A stretch of DNA of 64,000 nucleotides from an uncultured Candidatus Rokubacteria bacterium (GTDB taxonomy: Bacteria; Methylomirabilota; Methylomirabilia; Rokubacteriales; CSP1-6), in contig CAVVEU010000033.1 of the NCBI GenBank assembly GCA_963747235.1, forward strand, positions 192,001 through 256,000. Direction: 5' to 3'. The position numbers and the translations under genes are program-made. Of the stretch, positions 1 to 11,453 are shown one piece after another. The notes under the pieces were generated by a model that ran no database searches, was not told the DNA's origin, and was given only the letters and a program-made list of their open reading frames with translations. Each line of letters opens with the position of its first letter. The first letter of the stretch is position 1.

Positions 1-598
1 CCTCGCCCCGGAGGCCGACGCGGAGCGGGTCGCGGCGGCCCGCCGAGCCGCGGGCCCCGACTTCGTGCTCGCGGTAGACGCCAACCGTGGCTGGCCGGTG
101 GCGGACGCGGTCCGCTTCGCGCGCCTGGTCGAGCCGCTGGACATCCGCTGGTTCGAGGAGCCGTGCCACTGGCATGACGACGCCCGCATGATGGCAGAGG
201 TGCGGCGGGCGACGCGCATCCCGGTCACCGCGGGCCAGTCCGAGATCACGAGCCACGCGGTGCGGCGGCTCCTCGACGCGGGCGCGGTGGACCTGGTGAA
301 CTTCGACGCCTCCGAGGGCGGCGGTGTCACCGAGTGGCGCCGCGCCGCCGCGCTCTGCGAGGCCGCCGGCGTGAAGATGGCGCACCACGAGGAGCCCCAG
401 ATCGCGGGCCACCTGCTGGCCGCGGTGCCGCACGGCACCTACGTGGAATGCTTCGCCGACCCGGAGCGCGATCCCGCCTGGCAAACCCTCTGGGCCAACC
501 GCCCCGCCATCAAGGACGGAGTCTTCGAAGTCCCGGACGCACCAGGCTTCGGCCTCATCCTCGACGACGCCCTGATCCGCCGCTACCGCTCTACATAG
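1..598 (+). CDS. Mandelate racemase/muconate lactonizing enzyme family enolase (5' truncated)
   Basis: VDANRGW, WFEEP and AGQSE enolase-superfamily motifs; the ORF runs off the window start. Confidence 0.85.
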   Translation, partial: LAPEADAERVAAARRAAGPDFVLAVDANRGWPVADAVRFARLVEPLDIRWFEEPCHWHDDARMMAEVRRATRIPVTAGQSEITSHAVRRLLDAGAVDLVNFDASEGGGVTEWRRAAALCEAAGVKMAHHEEPQIAGHLLAAVPHGTYVECFADPERDPAWQTLWANRPAIKDGVFEVPDAPGFGLILDDALIRRYRST

Positions 599-1713
599 AA
601 ATCGCGGCGCGGGAGACGGCGGCGGGGTCGCCGCCGCGCTGGGCCCAGTCGCCCTGGGCGAAGGCCTCGGAGATGCGCTCGAGCGGGAAGACGTGGGAGA
701 TCACCTTGTCGAACGGGAAGCGCCTGAGATTGCGCTTCATGAACGAGAGCGACTCCTCGAGCGCCCACGGCGAGTAGTTGGACGTGGCCACCAGCCGCGC
801 GTTGGCGCGCACCAGCGCGGTGGCGTCGTAGGAGAAGACGTTGCCCGGTGAGATGCTGCCCACTTCCAGATAGCAGCCGCCGCCCCGCAGCATGCGCAGG
901 CCCTCCGGGATCACGTCCGCGTAGCCCACGAAGTCGGCCACCACGTGGGCCCCGAACCCGTCGGTCAGATCCATGACCGCGCTCACGCGCTTGTCCGCGG
1001 TGTTGATCTCGGTCGCGTTCACGGTGTGATCGGCGCCGAACGATCTGGCGAGCGCCAGCCGCTGGGCGAGCCGGTCGATGACGATGACCCGGTCGGCGCC
1101 CATGTCGCGCGCCACCGCCACCGCGTTGAGGCCGAGCCCGCCCGGCCCCCTGCACCACCACCGACTGGCCCGCGCGGAAGCCCGCCTTGCGCAGGCCATA
1201 GAGCACCTGGGAGAGCGCGCAGTTGATCGGGGTGGCCACGTCCTCCGGGATCTCGTCGGGCACCTTGAAGATGAAGTGGCCGGGCCGGAGGTAGTAGTAG
1301 TCGCCGTAGGCGTTGTTGAAGTAGGGCGCGCTGCCGGCCACGCGGTTCGGGCGGACTTTTCGAGGACAGCTGCCCATTTCGTCGTGGAGACACACCGGGC
1401 AGCGGCCGCACGGGAAGAAGTAGCAGTAGGTCACCCGGTCGCCCTCGCGGAGCGGCCGGCCCATCGAGTCGGTGGTGACGCCGGCGCCGAGCCGCTCCAC
1501 CTTGCCGCACATCTCGTGGCCGAAGGTGAGGTCCTTGGGCAGCGCGCCGTACGTCTCCTTCATCTCGCCGCGCCAGATGTGCAGGTCCGAGCCGCACACC
1601 CCCGCGCGCGTCAGCTTGATCAGGATCGCGCCGGGCTCGGGATCCGGCACCGGATACTCGCGCAGCTCGAACTCGCCGCCGTACGCCTTGAGAACCGCCA
1701 CCCGTCCCTTCAT
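591..1713 (-). CDS. Zn-dependent alcohol dehydrogenase family (frameshift near 1145)
   Basis: GVCGSDLH, GHE and CGRCPVC..C motifs; the C-terminal half continues in ORF 591..1199 (GGLGLNAVAVA). Confidence 0.85.
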
Positions 1714-1767
1714 TGGGGCTCCTCCCTGGAATGGATTCAGCGAGAGGGTCGCCGCTGGCGGGCCCCG

Positions 1768-1796
1768 TTGTCAACTCCCGGGCCCGCGAGTAGGAT
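1768..1796 (+). promoter_or_regulatory. Putative sigma70 promoter for the FAH/enolase operon
   Basis: TTGTCA-N17-TAGGAT, followed by an AGGAGG RBS and GTG at 1829. Confidence 0.5.
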
Positions 1797-1828
1797 GGGG
1801 CGGCTTTCGAGATCTCAAGGAGGAGACC

Positions 1829-2755
1829 GTGAAACTACTGCTCTTCGACGATTACCGGCTGGGCGTGCTCCGTGGCGATGGCGTGGTGGACGTCTCGGAC
1901 ACCGTGAAGGACATCCCGCATACCGGGCCCGGGGACCTGATGAGCGGGCTGGTCGCCCGCTTCGCGGACTACCGCAAGAAGATCGAGGACGCGGCCGGCC
2001 GCGGCAAGCCGGTCCCGGTGAGCGGCGTCCGGATCCGGCCGCCCCTGCCCAGGCCGACCAACATCGTCTGCATGGCGGTGAATTACATGGAGGACGGCAC
2101 CCGCACCGAGCCGGCGCCGATCAACGCCTTCATGAAGTCGCCCGGCGCGGTGATCGGCCCCAACGAGACCATGGTGCTGCCCGACGTGCCCGCCACGATC
2201 TTCGAGGGCGAGGCCGAGATGGCCCTGATCATCGGCAAGCGCGCCACCGCGGTGCCGGCCGCCCGCGCGATGGAGTACATCTTCGGCTACTGCAACTTCA
2301 TCGACGGCTCGGCCCGCGGCCTCCTGCCCCCCGGCAACACGTTCTACCAGATGAAGTCGCGCGACACCTTCGCGCCCATGGGCCCCTACCTGGTGACCGC
2401 GGACGAGATCACCGATCCGCACAAGCTGGCGATCCGCCTCTCGGTGAACGGCACCGTCAAGCAGGCGTTCAACACGAGCGACATGGCCCACAAGATCCCG
2501 CGCTGCATCGAGTGGGTGACGAGCATCCACACGCTCGAGCCGGGCGACGTGCTGGCCACCGGCACCAACCACCGCGGCCTCTCCGGCTTCCAGGACGGCG
2601 ACCGCATCGAGCTCGAGACCGAAGGCCTGGGCACGCTCAAGTTCAACATCCGTGACGACCTCAAGCGCACGTGGTCGCGCGAGACGCGGCTCGACCGGCA
2701 GGAGAAGGGGCAGGAGGGCACCACGCCCCAGCTCACCGGCAAGCACAAGAAATGA
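1829..2755 (+). CDS. Fumarylacetoacetate hydrolase family protein
   Basis: AVNY, FMKSP, FEGEAEMALIIGK, KSRDTFAPMGP and LEPGDVLATGT motifs; RBS upstream. Confidence 0.85.
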   Translation: MKLLLFDDYRLGVLRGDGVVDVSDTVKDIPHTGPGDLMSGLVARFADYRKKIEDAAGRGKPVPVSGVRIRPPLPRPTNIVCMAVNYMEDGTRTEPAPINAFMKSPGAVIGPNETMVLPDVPATIFEGEAEMALIIGKRATAVPAARAMEYIFGYCNFIDGSARGLLPPGNTFYQMKSRDTFAPMGPYLVTADEITDPHKLAIRLSVNGTVKQAFNTSDMAHKIPRCIEWVTSIHTLEPGDVLATGTNHRGLSGFQDGDRIELETEGLGTLKFNIRDDLKRTWSRETRLDRQEKGQEGTTPQLTGKHKK

Positions 2756-3840
2756 AGATCACCCACGTCACCACCCGCGCGCTCTCGACGCCCGCGGGCA
2801 ATCCCCTGGTGGTCGGCCTGCCCGAGCCCACCGACACGCGCGAGTTCGTGCTGCTCGAGCTCGGCACCGACCAGGGGCTGGTGGGCATCGGCCTCACCTT
2901 CTTCGGCGGCGCGCTGACCCCCGCGCTGCGGGCCGCGGTGGACGTCCTCGCCCGGCTCACCATCGGCATGGATCCGAGTCAGGTCGAGGCCATCGCGGCG
3001 AAGTGCCGGCGCATGGCGGGCGGCTCGGGGCCGGGCGGCATCTTCGCGCTCGCGCTCTCCGCGGTGGACATGGCCTGCTGGGACCTCATGGGCAAGGCGG
3101 CGGGCCGCTCGGTCTGCGCGTTGCTGGGCGGCCTGCGCGACCGCGCGCCCACGTACGCGAGCGGCGCGCTCATGCGCCAGCACCCGGTGGACTACCTGGC
3201 CAAGGCCGGCCCCCGCCTGCGCGACATGGGCTTCCGTCAGATGAAGATGCAGTGCGGGAGCGAGCCGACGATCGCCGCCTCCGTCGAGCGCGTGCGGGTC
3301 ATGCGCGAGTCCATCGGCCCCGACGTGGACCTCATGTGCGACATCAACCAGCTCTGGAGCGTCCATCACGCGATCGACGTCGGCCAGCGGATCGAGGACT
3401 ACCACCTCTACTGGCTGGAAGACCCGACCGTCCACGACGACTACCCGGGGCTGGCCCGCATCGCGGACGCGCTCACCACGCCGATCGCGGCGGGCGAATA
3501 TCACTACGGCATCGTGCCGTTCCGCCACCTGCTGGAGGCGCGCTCGATCGACATCGTGATGATCGATCTCCTGCGCGTGGGCGGCATCACCCAGTGGATG
3601 AAGGTGGCGGGCATGGCCGAGGCCTTCAACCTGCCGGTGGTGAGCCACCTGGTCCCGGAGATCCACGTGCACCTGATCGCGGCGATCCCCAACGGGCTCA
3701 CCGTCGAGTACATGCCGTGGACGCTCATGCTCTACGAGGAGACCCCGAAGATCGAGGCCGGCCAGCTCGTGGTGCCGGACAAGCCCGGCCTCGGCCTCGC
3801 CTTCGATCAGGCCGCGATCAAGCGCTACCAGATAGGTTAG
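2752..3840 (+). CDS. Mandelate racemase/muconate lactonizing enzyme family protein
   Basis: AVDMACWDL, KMQ, CDINQ, WLEDP and AAGE motifs; ATGA overlap with the FAH stop. Confidence 0.85.
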   Translation: MKITHVTTRALSTPAGNPLVVGLPEPTDTREFVLLELGTDQGLVGIGLTFFGGALTPALRAAVDVLARLTIGMDPSQVEAIAAKCRRMAGGSGPGGIFALALSAVDMACWDLMGKAAGRSVCALLGGLRDRAPTYASGALMRQHPVDYLAKAGPRLRDMGFRQMKMQCGSEPTIAASVERVRVMRESIGPDVDLMCDINQLWSVHHAIDVGQRIEDYHLYWLEDPTVHDDYPGLARIADALTTPIAAGEYHYGIVPFRHLLEARSIDIVMIDLLRVGGITQWMKVAGMAEAFNLPVVSHLVPEIHVHLIAAIPNGLTVEYMPWTLMLYEETPKIEAGQLVVPDKPGLGLAFDQAAIKRYQIG

Positions 3841-3911
3841 TCGGAGGGGGCCTCGACGGCCCCCTCCGAGACCTCCCCCGACAGCCGGGATTGCGCCGGC
3901 GGAGCCGGCGC
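3841..3911. repeat. Intergenic double-hairpin palindromic element between convergent genes
   Basis: Perfect 12-bp inverted repeat TCGGAGGGGGCC-TCGAC-GGCCCCCTCCGA (3841-3869) and GCGCCGGC-GGA-GCCGGCGC (3893-3911). Confidence 0.75.
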
Positions 3912-3941
3912 TCGAACGGAGGTCTCGCGCCCGCGCGGGGA

Positions 3942-4838
3942 TCAGACCTCGCCGGTCCAGGAGGGCTCGGCGATCTTTCGCCAGCGGGCGCGGATCTGCT
4001 CGATCTCCGCGGCGGGCAGCGGCCCCGCCTCGAGCAGGCGCGCGTTCGCCGGCCAGCGCTCCGGCCGCTTGGTCCCGACGATCGCGGTGTGCACGCCCGG
4101 CGCGGCCAGGGTGAAGCGCAGCGCGGTGGACACCACGTGCTCGGCGCGTCACGCAGGAACGGGTACTCGAGCGCGCGGAGCCGCTCCCAGTAGGGCTGGT
4201 AGTAGGGCTCGGCCGGCCGGCGCGCGTAGCGCCACGCCGCGTTGGCGATCGGTCGTTTGGCGATCACGCCCATCCGCCGCTTCACGGCCAGGGGCAGCGT
4301 CAGCTCGAGCGCCTCCTGGTCGGCGATGCTCACCGAGGTCTGCAGCGTGTCGAAGCGCCCGCACTCGACCGCGTAGCGCGCCGCCTCCCCGTCGCCGCTG
4401 TAGCCGATGTAGCGCGCGTAGCCGCGCTCCCGCGCGCGCTCGAGCGCGGTGATGGCCTCGCCCTTCCGGAGGTCGGCGAGCTCGCAGCTATGCAGCTGGA
4501 TCAGGTCGAGCCGATCGGTGCGCAGGCGCTTGAGGCTCCGCTCGATGCTCGAGAGGAGGGAGGCCTCGCGCCAGTCGCCGCGGCCGTACCCGCGCGGATG
4601 GCCGCACTTCGTGAGCAGGTAGATCTCGTTTCGGCGGGCCCCGAGGGCGGATCCGATCAACGCCTCGCTGTCCTCGTAGCACTCGGCGGTGTCGATCACG
4701 TTGAGGCCGGCGTCGAGGGCGGTGCCGAGCAGCCGCGCCACCGTGCGCGCCCCGGCCCGCTCGTAGCCGATCTCGGAGCCGCCGAACCCGAGCACGCTGG
4801 CCATCCATGTCGGTCCGGCCCAGCCGGCGTCGTTCCAT
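3942..4838 (-). CDS. Aldo/keto reductase (frameshifts near 4805 and 4140)
   Basis: MERRRLGRT start, IDTAECY, LTKCG, SLKRLRTDRLDLIQLHS and TAIVGT across frames. Confidence 0.85.
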
Positions 4839-4935
4839 GACGGATCGGATCAAACGGCCTGGGCCGGGGACTGGAACTGCATCGCGGGGGGGAGTATACC
4901 GTAGGCGAGAGACCAATCACCGAAAGGAGCGCGCC

Positions 4936-5265
4936 ATGAGCCACTATCACGACCCGGCCGATCTCAAGTTACTCGGCGAGTTCAAGAAGCTCGCCCCGGC
5001 GGAGTTCAAGGGCTTCGTCGAGCTGGATTCCATCGTCGGGCGCGACGACGGAAAGATCCCGCGCAAGTATCGCGAGCTGATCGCGATCGCGGTGGCGTGC
5101 ACGACGCAGTGCCCCTACTGCCTCGACGTGCACACCCGGAACGCGAAGAAGGCGGGCGCCACGCGGGAGGAGGTCATCGAGTCCGCGCTGCTGTCCGCCG
5201 CGCTGCGCGCCGGGGCCGCGACCACCCACGGCGCCCTCGCGCTCAAGCTGTTCGACCAGGCCTGA
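4936..5265 (+). CDS. Carboxymuconolactone decarboxylase/AhpD-like protein (CxxC)
   Basis: RELIAIAVACTTQCPYCLDVH motif; AAGGAG RBS. Confidence 0.85.
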   Translation: MSHYHDPADLKLLGEFKKLAPAEFKGFVELDSIVGRDDGKIPRKYRELIAIAVACTTQCPYCLDVHTRNAKKAGATREEVIESALLSAALRAGAATTHGALALKLFDQA

Positions 5266-5971
5266 GCGCGCGACCGGGCGGGCGCCGCTCGCGCGGCGGC
5301 TCAGGCCGTGGCGGACGGAGCGCGGCCGCCTCGTCGCGCTCCATCCGCGCCCGCATCCGCGCGCGCAGACCCTCCACGATGTGCGCGGGGGCGGTCGCGG
5401 GCGAGCCGGCCCGGAACGGCGGCTGCGGGTCGTACTCGATGCCGAGCTGGATGGCCTGGGCCACGTCGTCACCCGCGATGCGGGCGGCGAGCGTGAGCGC
5501 CATGTCGATGCCCGAGGACACGCCGGCCGCGGTGATGATCTTGCCCTGCTCCACCACGCGCTTCAGCGTGGGGCGCGCGCCGTACGCGGGCAGGCGGTCG
5601 AGCGACATCCAGTGCGTGGTGGCCTCGAGCCCCTTCAGGATGCCCGCGGCGGCCAGCAGCATCGAGCCGGTGCAGACCGACGTCGTCCACTGGCTCGTCG
5701 CGTGGGCCGCGCGGATCCAGTCCAGCAGCGGGTTCGGCGTCTCGAGCGCGCGGGTGCCGAAGCCGCCCGGCACCATGAGCACCTCCGGATGCGGCACCGC
5801 CGAGAGCGGCTCGTCGGCCATCAGGGTGAGCTGGCGATTGTCGGTGCGATAGGGGCCGGCCGTCACCGCGACGAAGCGCACGCGGGCGCCGGGCAGGCGC
5901 GAGAGCACCTCGTAGGGACCGATGGCGTCGAGCGCGGTGATGCCCTCGAAGAGCGGGATGGCGATGTCCAT
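5243..5971 (-). CDS. DJ-1/PfpI family protein (3' end uncertain, possibly near 5301)
   Basis: LDAIGPYEVL, VPGGFG, SVCTGS, ATTHW, TAAGVSSGIDMAL and EYDPQPPF motifs. Confidence 0.85.
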   Translation of the reverse strand: MDIAIPLFEGITALDAIGPYEVLSRLPGARVRFVAVTAGPYRTDNRQLTLMADEPLSAVPHPEVLMVPGGFGTRALETPNPLLDWIRAAHATSQWTTSVCTGSMLLAAAGILKGLEATTHWMSLDRLPAYGARPTLKRVVEQGKIITAAGVSSGIDMALTLAARIAGDDVAQAIQLGIEYDPQPPFRAGSPATAPAHIVEGLRARMRARMERDEAAALRPPRPEPPRERRPPGRALRPGRTA

Positions 5972-5982
5972 GGGGTGATCTC

Positions 5983-6651
5983 CTAGAGGCTGCGCGCCGC
6001 GCGCAAGATCTCGTCGTCGCTCGGGAACTTGGAGAGGTCCTCGAGGCGCTCGGCGCACTCGATGTGCTGCCACCGGATGATCCCTCCCGGTCGATGAGGA
6101 AGTGCCCGGTCATCTGGGTGCCGTGCGCGTGCGCGATCTGCTGGTCGATCTCGGTCGGCTCGAACCCGTCCTTCTTGTTCAGGGTCTCCATCGCCGCAAA
6201 GGGATTCTGCGGCTCGGGCAGCTCTCCGGTGGGATCTATCTTCATCGCGAGCAGCTGACCCATCGTGAGCTTCCCCTCGGCCCACGAGGCTTCCGATTCC
6301 TTCTCGACGACCATCCCGGCCGGCACCCCGAACGACCGATGCGTCGCCGCCTCGGGATCCGCGGTGAGCAGCACGCGTGCGGGGCGGTACTTGAAGTAGA
6401 GCCGCGCCCGCTCCAGCGGGGTGTTGACCACCGCCATCGTCTCCACGCCGAGCGCCTTGAGCTTGTCCTGCGTGGTGCCCAGCTGCACGAGCTGGCGACG
6501 GCAGAAGGGGCAGTGCAGGCCGCGGAACAGGGCGATCAGGACCGGACTGCGACCGCGATAGTCGTCGAGCGAGACCTGGCCCTCTCGATTGACCGCGGGG
6601 AGCGTGACGTCGGGGAGCGGCATCACCGGGGCGAAGGGGCATGGACGCCAT
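5983..6651 (-). CDS. AhpC/TSA (peroxiredoxin-like) redoxin (frameshifted)
   Basis: LFRGLHCPFCRRQL thioredoxin-fold motif and FLIDREG-IIRW across frames. Confidence 0.75.
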   Translation of the reverse strand: MASMPLRPGDAAPRRHAPRGQSRGPGLARRLSRSQSGPDRPVPRPALPLLPSPARAAGHHAGQAQGARRGDDGGGQHPAGAGAALLQVPPRTRAAHRGSRGGDASVVRGAGRDGRREGIGSLVGRGEAHDGSAARDEDRSHRRAARAAESLCGDGDPEQEGRVRADRDRPADRARARHPDDRALPHRPGGIIRWQHIECAERLEDLSKFPSDDEILRAARSL

Positions 6652-6686
6652 GAGCCGAGTGCCTTTCTATTCGGGTCGTGTTCGCG

Positions 6687-9600
6687 TCAATCCAGGAACG
6701 GCAACACCACGAGCGCGTCGGGCTCGAGCCCGGCCCGCTCGCAGACCGCCTGTGCCTTCTGCAGGAACTCTTCCGCCTGCCCCTCGTCACCCAGATCCAG
6801 GTGGACGGTAGCGAGGCCATCGTAGCAGGGAAACAGCAGCTGCGGCTCGTCGGCCTCCTCGGCGAGCGCGAGCGCTTCCCGGTAGTGGGCGATCGCGCGA
6901 GTCGGATCGCCGTGACACTGGTAGATCTGCCCGAGCACGATCAGCGGCACCGCGAGGTGATCGAGCTGCCCGAGGCGCCGATCGAGGTCGATGGCGGCGT
7001 GCGCCGCGCCCACGCCCTGCTCGTCGCAGCGGTTGGTGAGCGCGCAGTAGGCCACCGCGAGATTCGTGTAGAGGCGCGACTGGAACCCCAGGTCGCCGAT
7101 CTTCTTGGCCATCTCGAGGCCGGCCGCACAGGTCTCGATCGCCCGCGCCGGATCGAGCGTGCTGTAGAGCACGCTCAGGTTCGCGAGCCCGCGACAGGCG
7201 GCCTGCAGCAGCCCGGTCTCCCGGGCGAGGGCCACGCTGCGCTCGATGTGCTCGACCGCGTCCTCCAGCCGGCCCAGACGGGCAAACGCGACGCCGATCG
7301 TGTTGTGACTCTGCGCGGCGGCGGTCAGCGCTTCCACGCGCCCGTCCGCGTCGAGCGCAGGGTCGGCGGCGAGCCGCTCGGCGTGGAGCCGTGCCTGCTC
7401 CGCCCACTCGAGGGCCCGCTGGCTGTCGCCGCTGCGGAAGGCCTGTCGGCCCATCTCCTGGTAGAGATGCGCCTGCTCGATGTGCTCGCGATGATCGCCG
7501 AGCAGGGCGAGCCCGGCCTCGAAGCATTGGAGCGCCCGCGCCCGCGCACCGGCGTCCCAGTGGAGGCCCCCCATCTTGCGAAGAATCCGCGCCTGGGCCG
7601 CCGCGTCCCCCGCCGCGCGATATCCGGCCTCGACGATCTCGTACTCGCCGAGCGCGGACGCCCGCCGGCCGGTCGGGCCGAGCAGGTCGGCCATCCGCTC
7701 CCGGGCCACGAGCCGCTCCGTCTCGATCTGCGTGGCCGCGGTCGACGCGTCGCAGCGCTCGAGCGCGTCGAGCGCCCGCTGATAGTGCAGGATCGCGTCC
7801 GCGTTGGCATACATGCCGCGCGCCCAGTCACCCGCCGACATCAGGTACCGCGCGCCCCGACGCTTGTCGGCGCCGAGAGCCCAGTGGTGGCCGAGGACCA
7901 CCAGTCGCTCGAGACTCTCCGGGTTGCCCACGCCCTGGGCCTCGAGGGCCGTCCCCACGCGCGTGTGCAGCTCGGTGCGACGGACCACGAGAATGTTCTG
8001 GTACACGATCTCCTGGAGGAGGCCGTGGAGGAACTGGTGATCCGGCCCCGGCGTCACCAGATCGGCGCCGGCGAGCGCGGCGAGCGCGGCGTCCACCGCG
8101 GCGGGCTCCGCCGAGGCCGCCTTCAGCAGCGACACCTCGAAGTGGGCTCCGATCACCGCCGCTTCCTGGATGACCCGTCGCTCCACGACGTCGAGCCGGT
8201 CCAGGCGCGCGAGCAGCAGCCCGTGCAGGGTGGCGGGCACCTGCGCGGTCGCGGCCTCCGCGGTGCAGCGCCACGCCAGGCCGTCGCGGACCAGCACCCC
8301 CGCCACGAGCAGCGCGCGCACCACCTCCTCGAGATACAGCGGGTTGCCGCCGGCCCGCTCCAGGATCTGGGCCCGCAGGTGCTCCGGGAAGAGGTGCGTC
8401 GAGTCCCCGAACCACGCGGCCAGGAGGTCCTCGCTGCCGGACCGCGACAGCGGCGTGACCTCGATCGCGGTGTGCGGAGTCCGGCTCGTGCCGAGCGCAT
8501 CCGGCTCGAGCGTGGGCCGATACATCAGGAGGACCAGGAGCGGGCGATCGGCGAGCCGGTCCGCGACCGCGCCGATCAGCTCGATGGAGGCGGCGTCGGC
8601 CCAGTGCAGGTCCTCGACGACCAGCACCAGCGGACCAGCGGCCAGCCGCCGCTCCACGAGCACGTAGGTGGCCATGAAGATCTGGCGCTTGAGCTGCTCG
8701 GGCTCCAGATGGCGGATGCGCGCGTCGTCCTGCTCGAGCCCGAACACCCGGGCGAGCGCGGCCACCATCGCGGCCCGCTCCTCCACGTCGACCCCGAGCG
8801 TCTCCAGGCCGGCCGCGAGCTTGCTCCGCGTGACCTCGACGGAATCGCCGTGCTCGACCCCGTAGGCGTCGCGCAGGAGCGCGGCCACCGCCCCGTAGGT
8901 CTGCTCGCCCAGCGCCGAGCACGCGGCGCGCCGGATCGTGCTGCCCTCGAGCCGCCCGGCCGCCTCGAGGCGCGCGAAGAACTCCCGCTGCAGCCGCGAC
9001 TTCCCCGCCCCCGGCTCGCCGATGAGGCTCAGCACCTGGGCGCGGCCGGCCCGCATGTCGTCGAAGGCCGCGTCCATCCGGCGCAGCTCGCGCTCGCGGC
9101 CCACGAGGGGCGCGGCCAGCCCGAGGCCCTCGAGCCCGCGGGCCGAGCGCGGGGCCGCGAGCGGGCCCAGCAGGCGATGGACCCCGACCGGCTCGCTCTT
9201 GCCCTTGAGCGGAATCTCCTCGCGCGGGGCGAACGCGAAGGCGTGATGGGTGAGCTGATACGTCGCGTCGCCGATCAGGATCTCGCCCGAGGGCGCCGCG
9301 CTCTGCAGGCGAGAGGCGGTGTTGACGGTGTCGCCGGTCACCGCGTAGGCGGCGTCGGCGGTCGCGCCGATCCGGCCCGCCACCACCGGGCCGGTGTTGA
9401 CGCCGATGTGCAGCGCGAGCGGCCGCCCGAGCCGCCGCTCCCAGCGGAGATTGAGCGCGCCCACCCGCTCGCGCATCAGGAGCGCGGCGCGCAGGCCGCG
9501 CTCGGGATCGTCCTCGTGCGCGAGCGGGGCGCCGAACACCGCCATGACCGCGTCGCCCACGAACTTCTCGACGAACCCCTCGTAGCGCTCGATCGACGCG

Positions 9601-9844
9601 GACATCTCGCGGAAGAGGTCGGCCTGGATCGCGCGCACGTCCTCGGCGTCGAGCCCCTCGCTGAGCGCGGTGAACCCGACCAGGTCCGCGAAGAGCACGG
9701 TGACCGGGCGGCGGTCGCTGTCGGGCGCGGCGGTCGGCGAGGGCGGCGGCGCGGCGGCGCCTGCGCGGCGGCCAGCCTGCCTCCGCACTTCGGACAGAAC
9801 GCGAAGTCGGCGGGCGCTTCGAAGCCGCAGCCGCTACACGTCAT
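6687..9844 (-). CDS. Zn-ribbon / class III adenylate-guanylate cyclase / AAA ATPase / TPR protein (frameshift near 9770)
   Basis: MTCSGC..FCPKCG, VLFADLVGFT, KFVGDAVMAVFG, GDTVNTASRL, GEPGAGKS, EDLHWAD, GGNPLYLEE and C-terminal TPR-like repeats. Confidence 0.9.
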
Positions 9845-10327
9845 GTGGACGGGGCGACGTCGATCTCCTGGGGCATCGGGATGCCGCGGCGGGCCAGCTC
9901 GCCTTCCAGATCGAGCGCGCGCGTGCCCACCGGGCGGCCGCCGGGCACCGTCCAGAACACCTCGAACTCGAGGCCGTCGGGATCCTTGGCGTAGAGCGAC
10001 AGGCTCACGCCGTGATCCGAGGAGCCCACCAGCGAGCGCGCCTCGATGAGCCGCCGCCGCGCGCGCACCAGGTCGGGCAGCTCGCCGACTTCCCACGCCG
10101 AGTGGTACATGCGCACCGCGCCCTCGTCGGGGCCGGTGACACCGGGCTGCTCGAAGAGGCCCAGGTGGTGATCCTCCGTGCTGCCCGCGATGCGCAGGAA
10201 GGCCGCGTTCGGGTAGCGCGTCTTCACCTCGAAGCCCGAGGACGTCGCAGTAGAAGCGCACGCTGCGGTCCACGTCGGACACCCAGAGCACGAGGTGCTG
10301 CAGCCGCTTGAGCCCGATGCCGGTCAT
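9841..10327 (-). CDS. VOC (glyoxalase) family protein (frameshift near 10235)
   Basis: LQHLVLWVSDVDRSVRFY, HHLGLF and SLYAKDPDGLEFEVF motifs. Confidence 0.85.
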
Positions 10328-10660
10328 GACCCCGGGTACTCCACGCTCACCGTGATGGCGGCGCACGCGATGATGGTGTCGGCGTTCGGCACGCGCAGGC
10401 CGCCCTGCGACCGGGCGCACCGTCACCTCGCCGTGGGGCAGCTCCTTCTTCACGCGCTCCACGTCCACCTTGCCGGGATCGGGCACGCCCACCGTGACGT
10501 CCACCAGCATGCGGCCGCCCTTGGCGCGCACCTCGGTGAAGAGCGGCAGGCTCGAGTGCCGGATCGCGTCCGATACCGCGCGGCACGCCGCCTTCGTCCC
10601 CTCGTCTCCGTGCACGTCCACGCCCATCCCGAACTCGAGCACCATCGCCTGTGCGGCCAC
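10324..10660 (-). CDS. Lin0512 family protein (frameshift near 10405)
   Basis: LEFGMGVDVHG..TKAACRAVSDAIRHSSL, LPHGEV and GGLRVP..IIACAAITV match the family signature. Confidence 0.75.
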
Positions 10661-10681
10661 GTTGTTCTCCTCTCTTGTCTC

Positions 10682-11449
10682 TCAACCGATGAAGCTGCCG
10701 CCCATGACCCGGATCGTGTCGCCCGTGATGTACGCGGAGGCGTCGGACGCCAGGAACAGGCACGCCTCCGCGATCTCCTCCGGACGGCCCAGCCGGCCGA
10801 GCGGGATGCGCTTCAACTGCTCCGCCCCGCCCGGCGGCGCCTGGCGGAACTCAGGGTACCACTCGGCGTAGCGGCGCTCGGTGTCGATGGTGCCCGGCAC
10901 CACCATGTTGACGCGGATGCCCGACGGCCCCAGCTCCGCGGCCAGCGCCCGCACCAGGCCCAGCAGCCCGGTCTTGGCCGCGGTGACCGCGGCGGTGCCC
11001 GGCCGCCCGGTGAGGCTCGACTGCCCGCCGAGCGCGATGATGCTCCCCCGCCCGCGCTCCTTCATGCCCGGCACCACCGCGCGCGCCAGGTAGAAGGCGG
11101 AGTGGAGATTCACCGCGAACACGCGGTGCCAGTCCTCGAGCGAGGTCTCGGTGACCGACTTGTGGGGCCGGATCGCCGCGTTGCACACCAGCACGTCGAC
11201 GGCCCCGAACACCGCGAGACCGTTCTTGACCATGGCCTCGACCGCGTCGGGATCGCCGATGTCGCCCAGCACGGCCGCGGCGCGCACTCCGCGCTTGCGG
11301 CACTCCTCCGCCACCGCCTCCAGCTCGTCGCGGTTGGAGCGCGTGTTCAGGATGAGATCGGCGCCCTCGGCGGCGAAGGCGAGCGCGATCGCGCGCCCGA
11401 TATTGCGGCTGGCCCCGGTGACGAAGGCGGTCCGCCCCTCGAGCCTCAT
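10682..11449 (-). CDS. SDR family oxidoreductase
   Basis: TGASRNIG, CNAAIR, IRVNMVVPG and ITGDTIRVMGG motifs. Confidence 0.85.
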   Translation of the reverse strand: MRLEGRTAFVTGASRNIGRAIALAFAAEGADLILNTRSNRDELEAVAEECRKRGVRAAAVLGDIGDPDAVEAMVKNGLAVFGAVDVLVCNAAIRPHKSVTETSLEDWHRVFAVNLHSAFYLARAVVPGMKERGRGSIIALGGQSSLTGRPGTAAVTAAKTGLLGLVRALAAELGPSGIRVNMVVPGTIDTERRYAEWYPEFRQAPPGGAEQLKRIPLGRLGRPEEIAEACLFLASDASAYITGDTIRVMGGSFIG

Positions 11450-11453
11450 GGCG

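Noticed and set aside
6678-10049. Very long antisense or alternate-frame ORFs (e.g. 6678..10049, 35829..38822, 48474..51110, 56347..58722)
   Set aside because: Shadow ORFs typical of high-GC DNA; they overlap genes with clear motifs and have none of their own.
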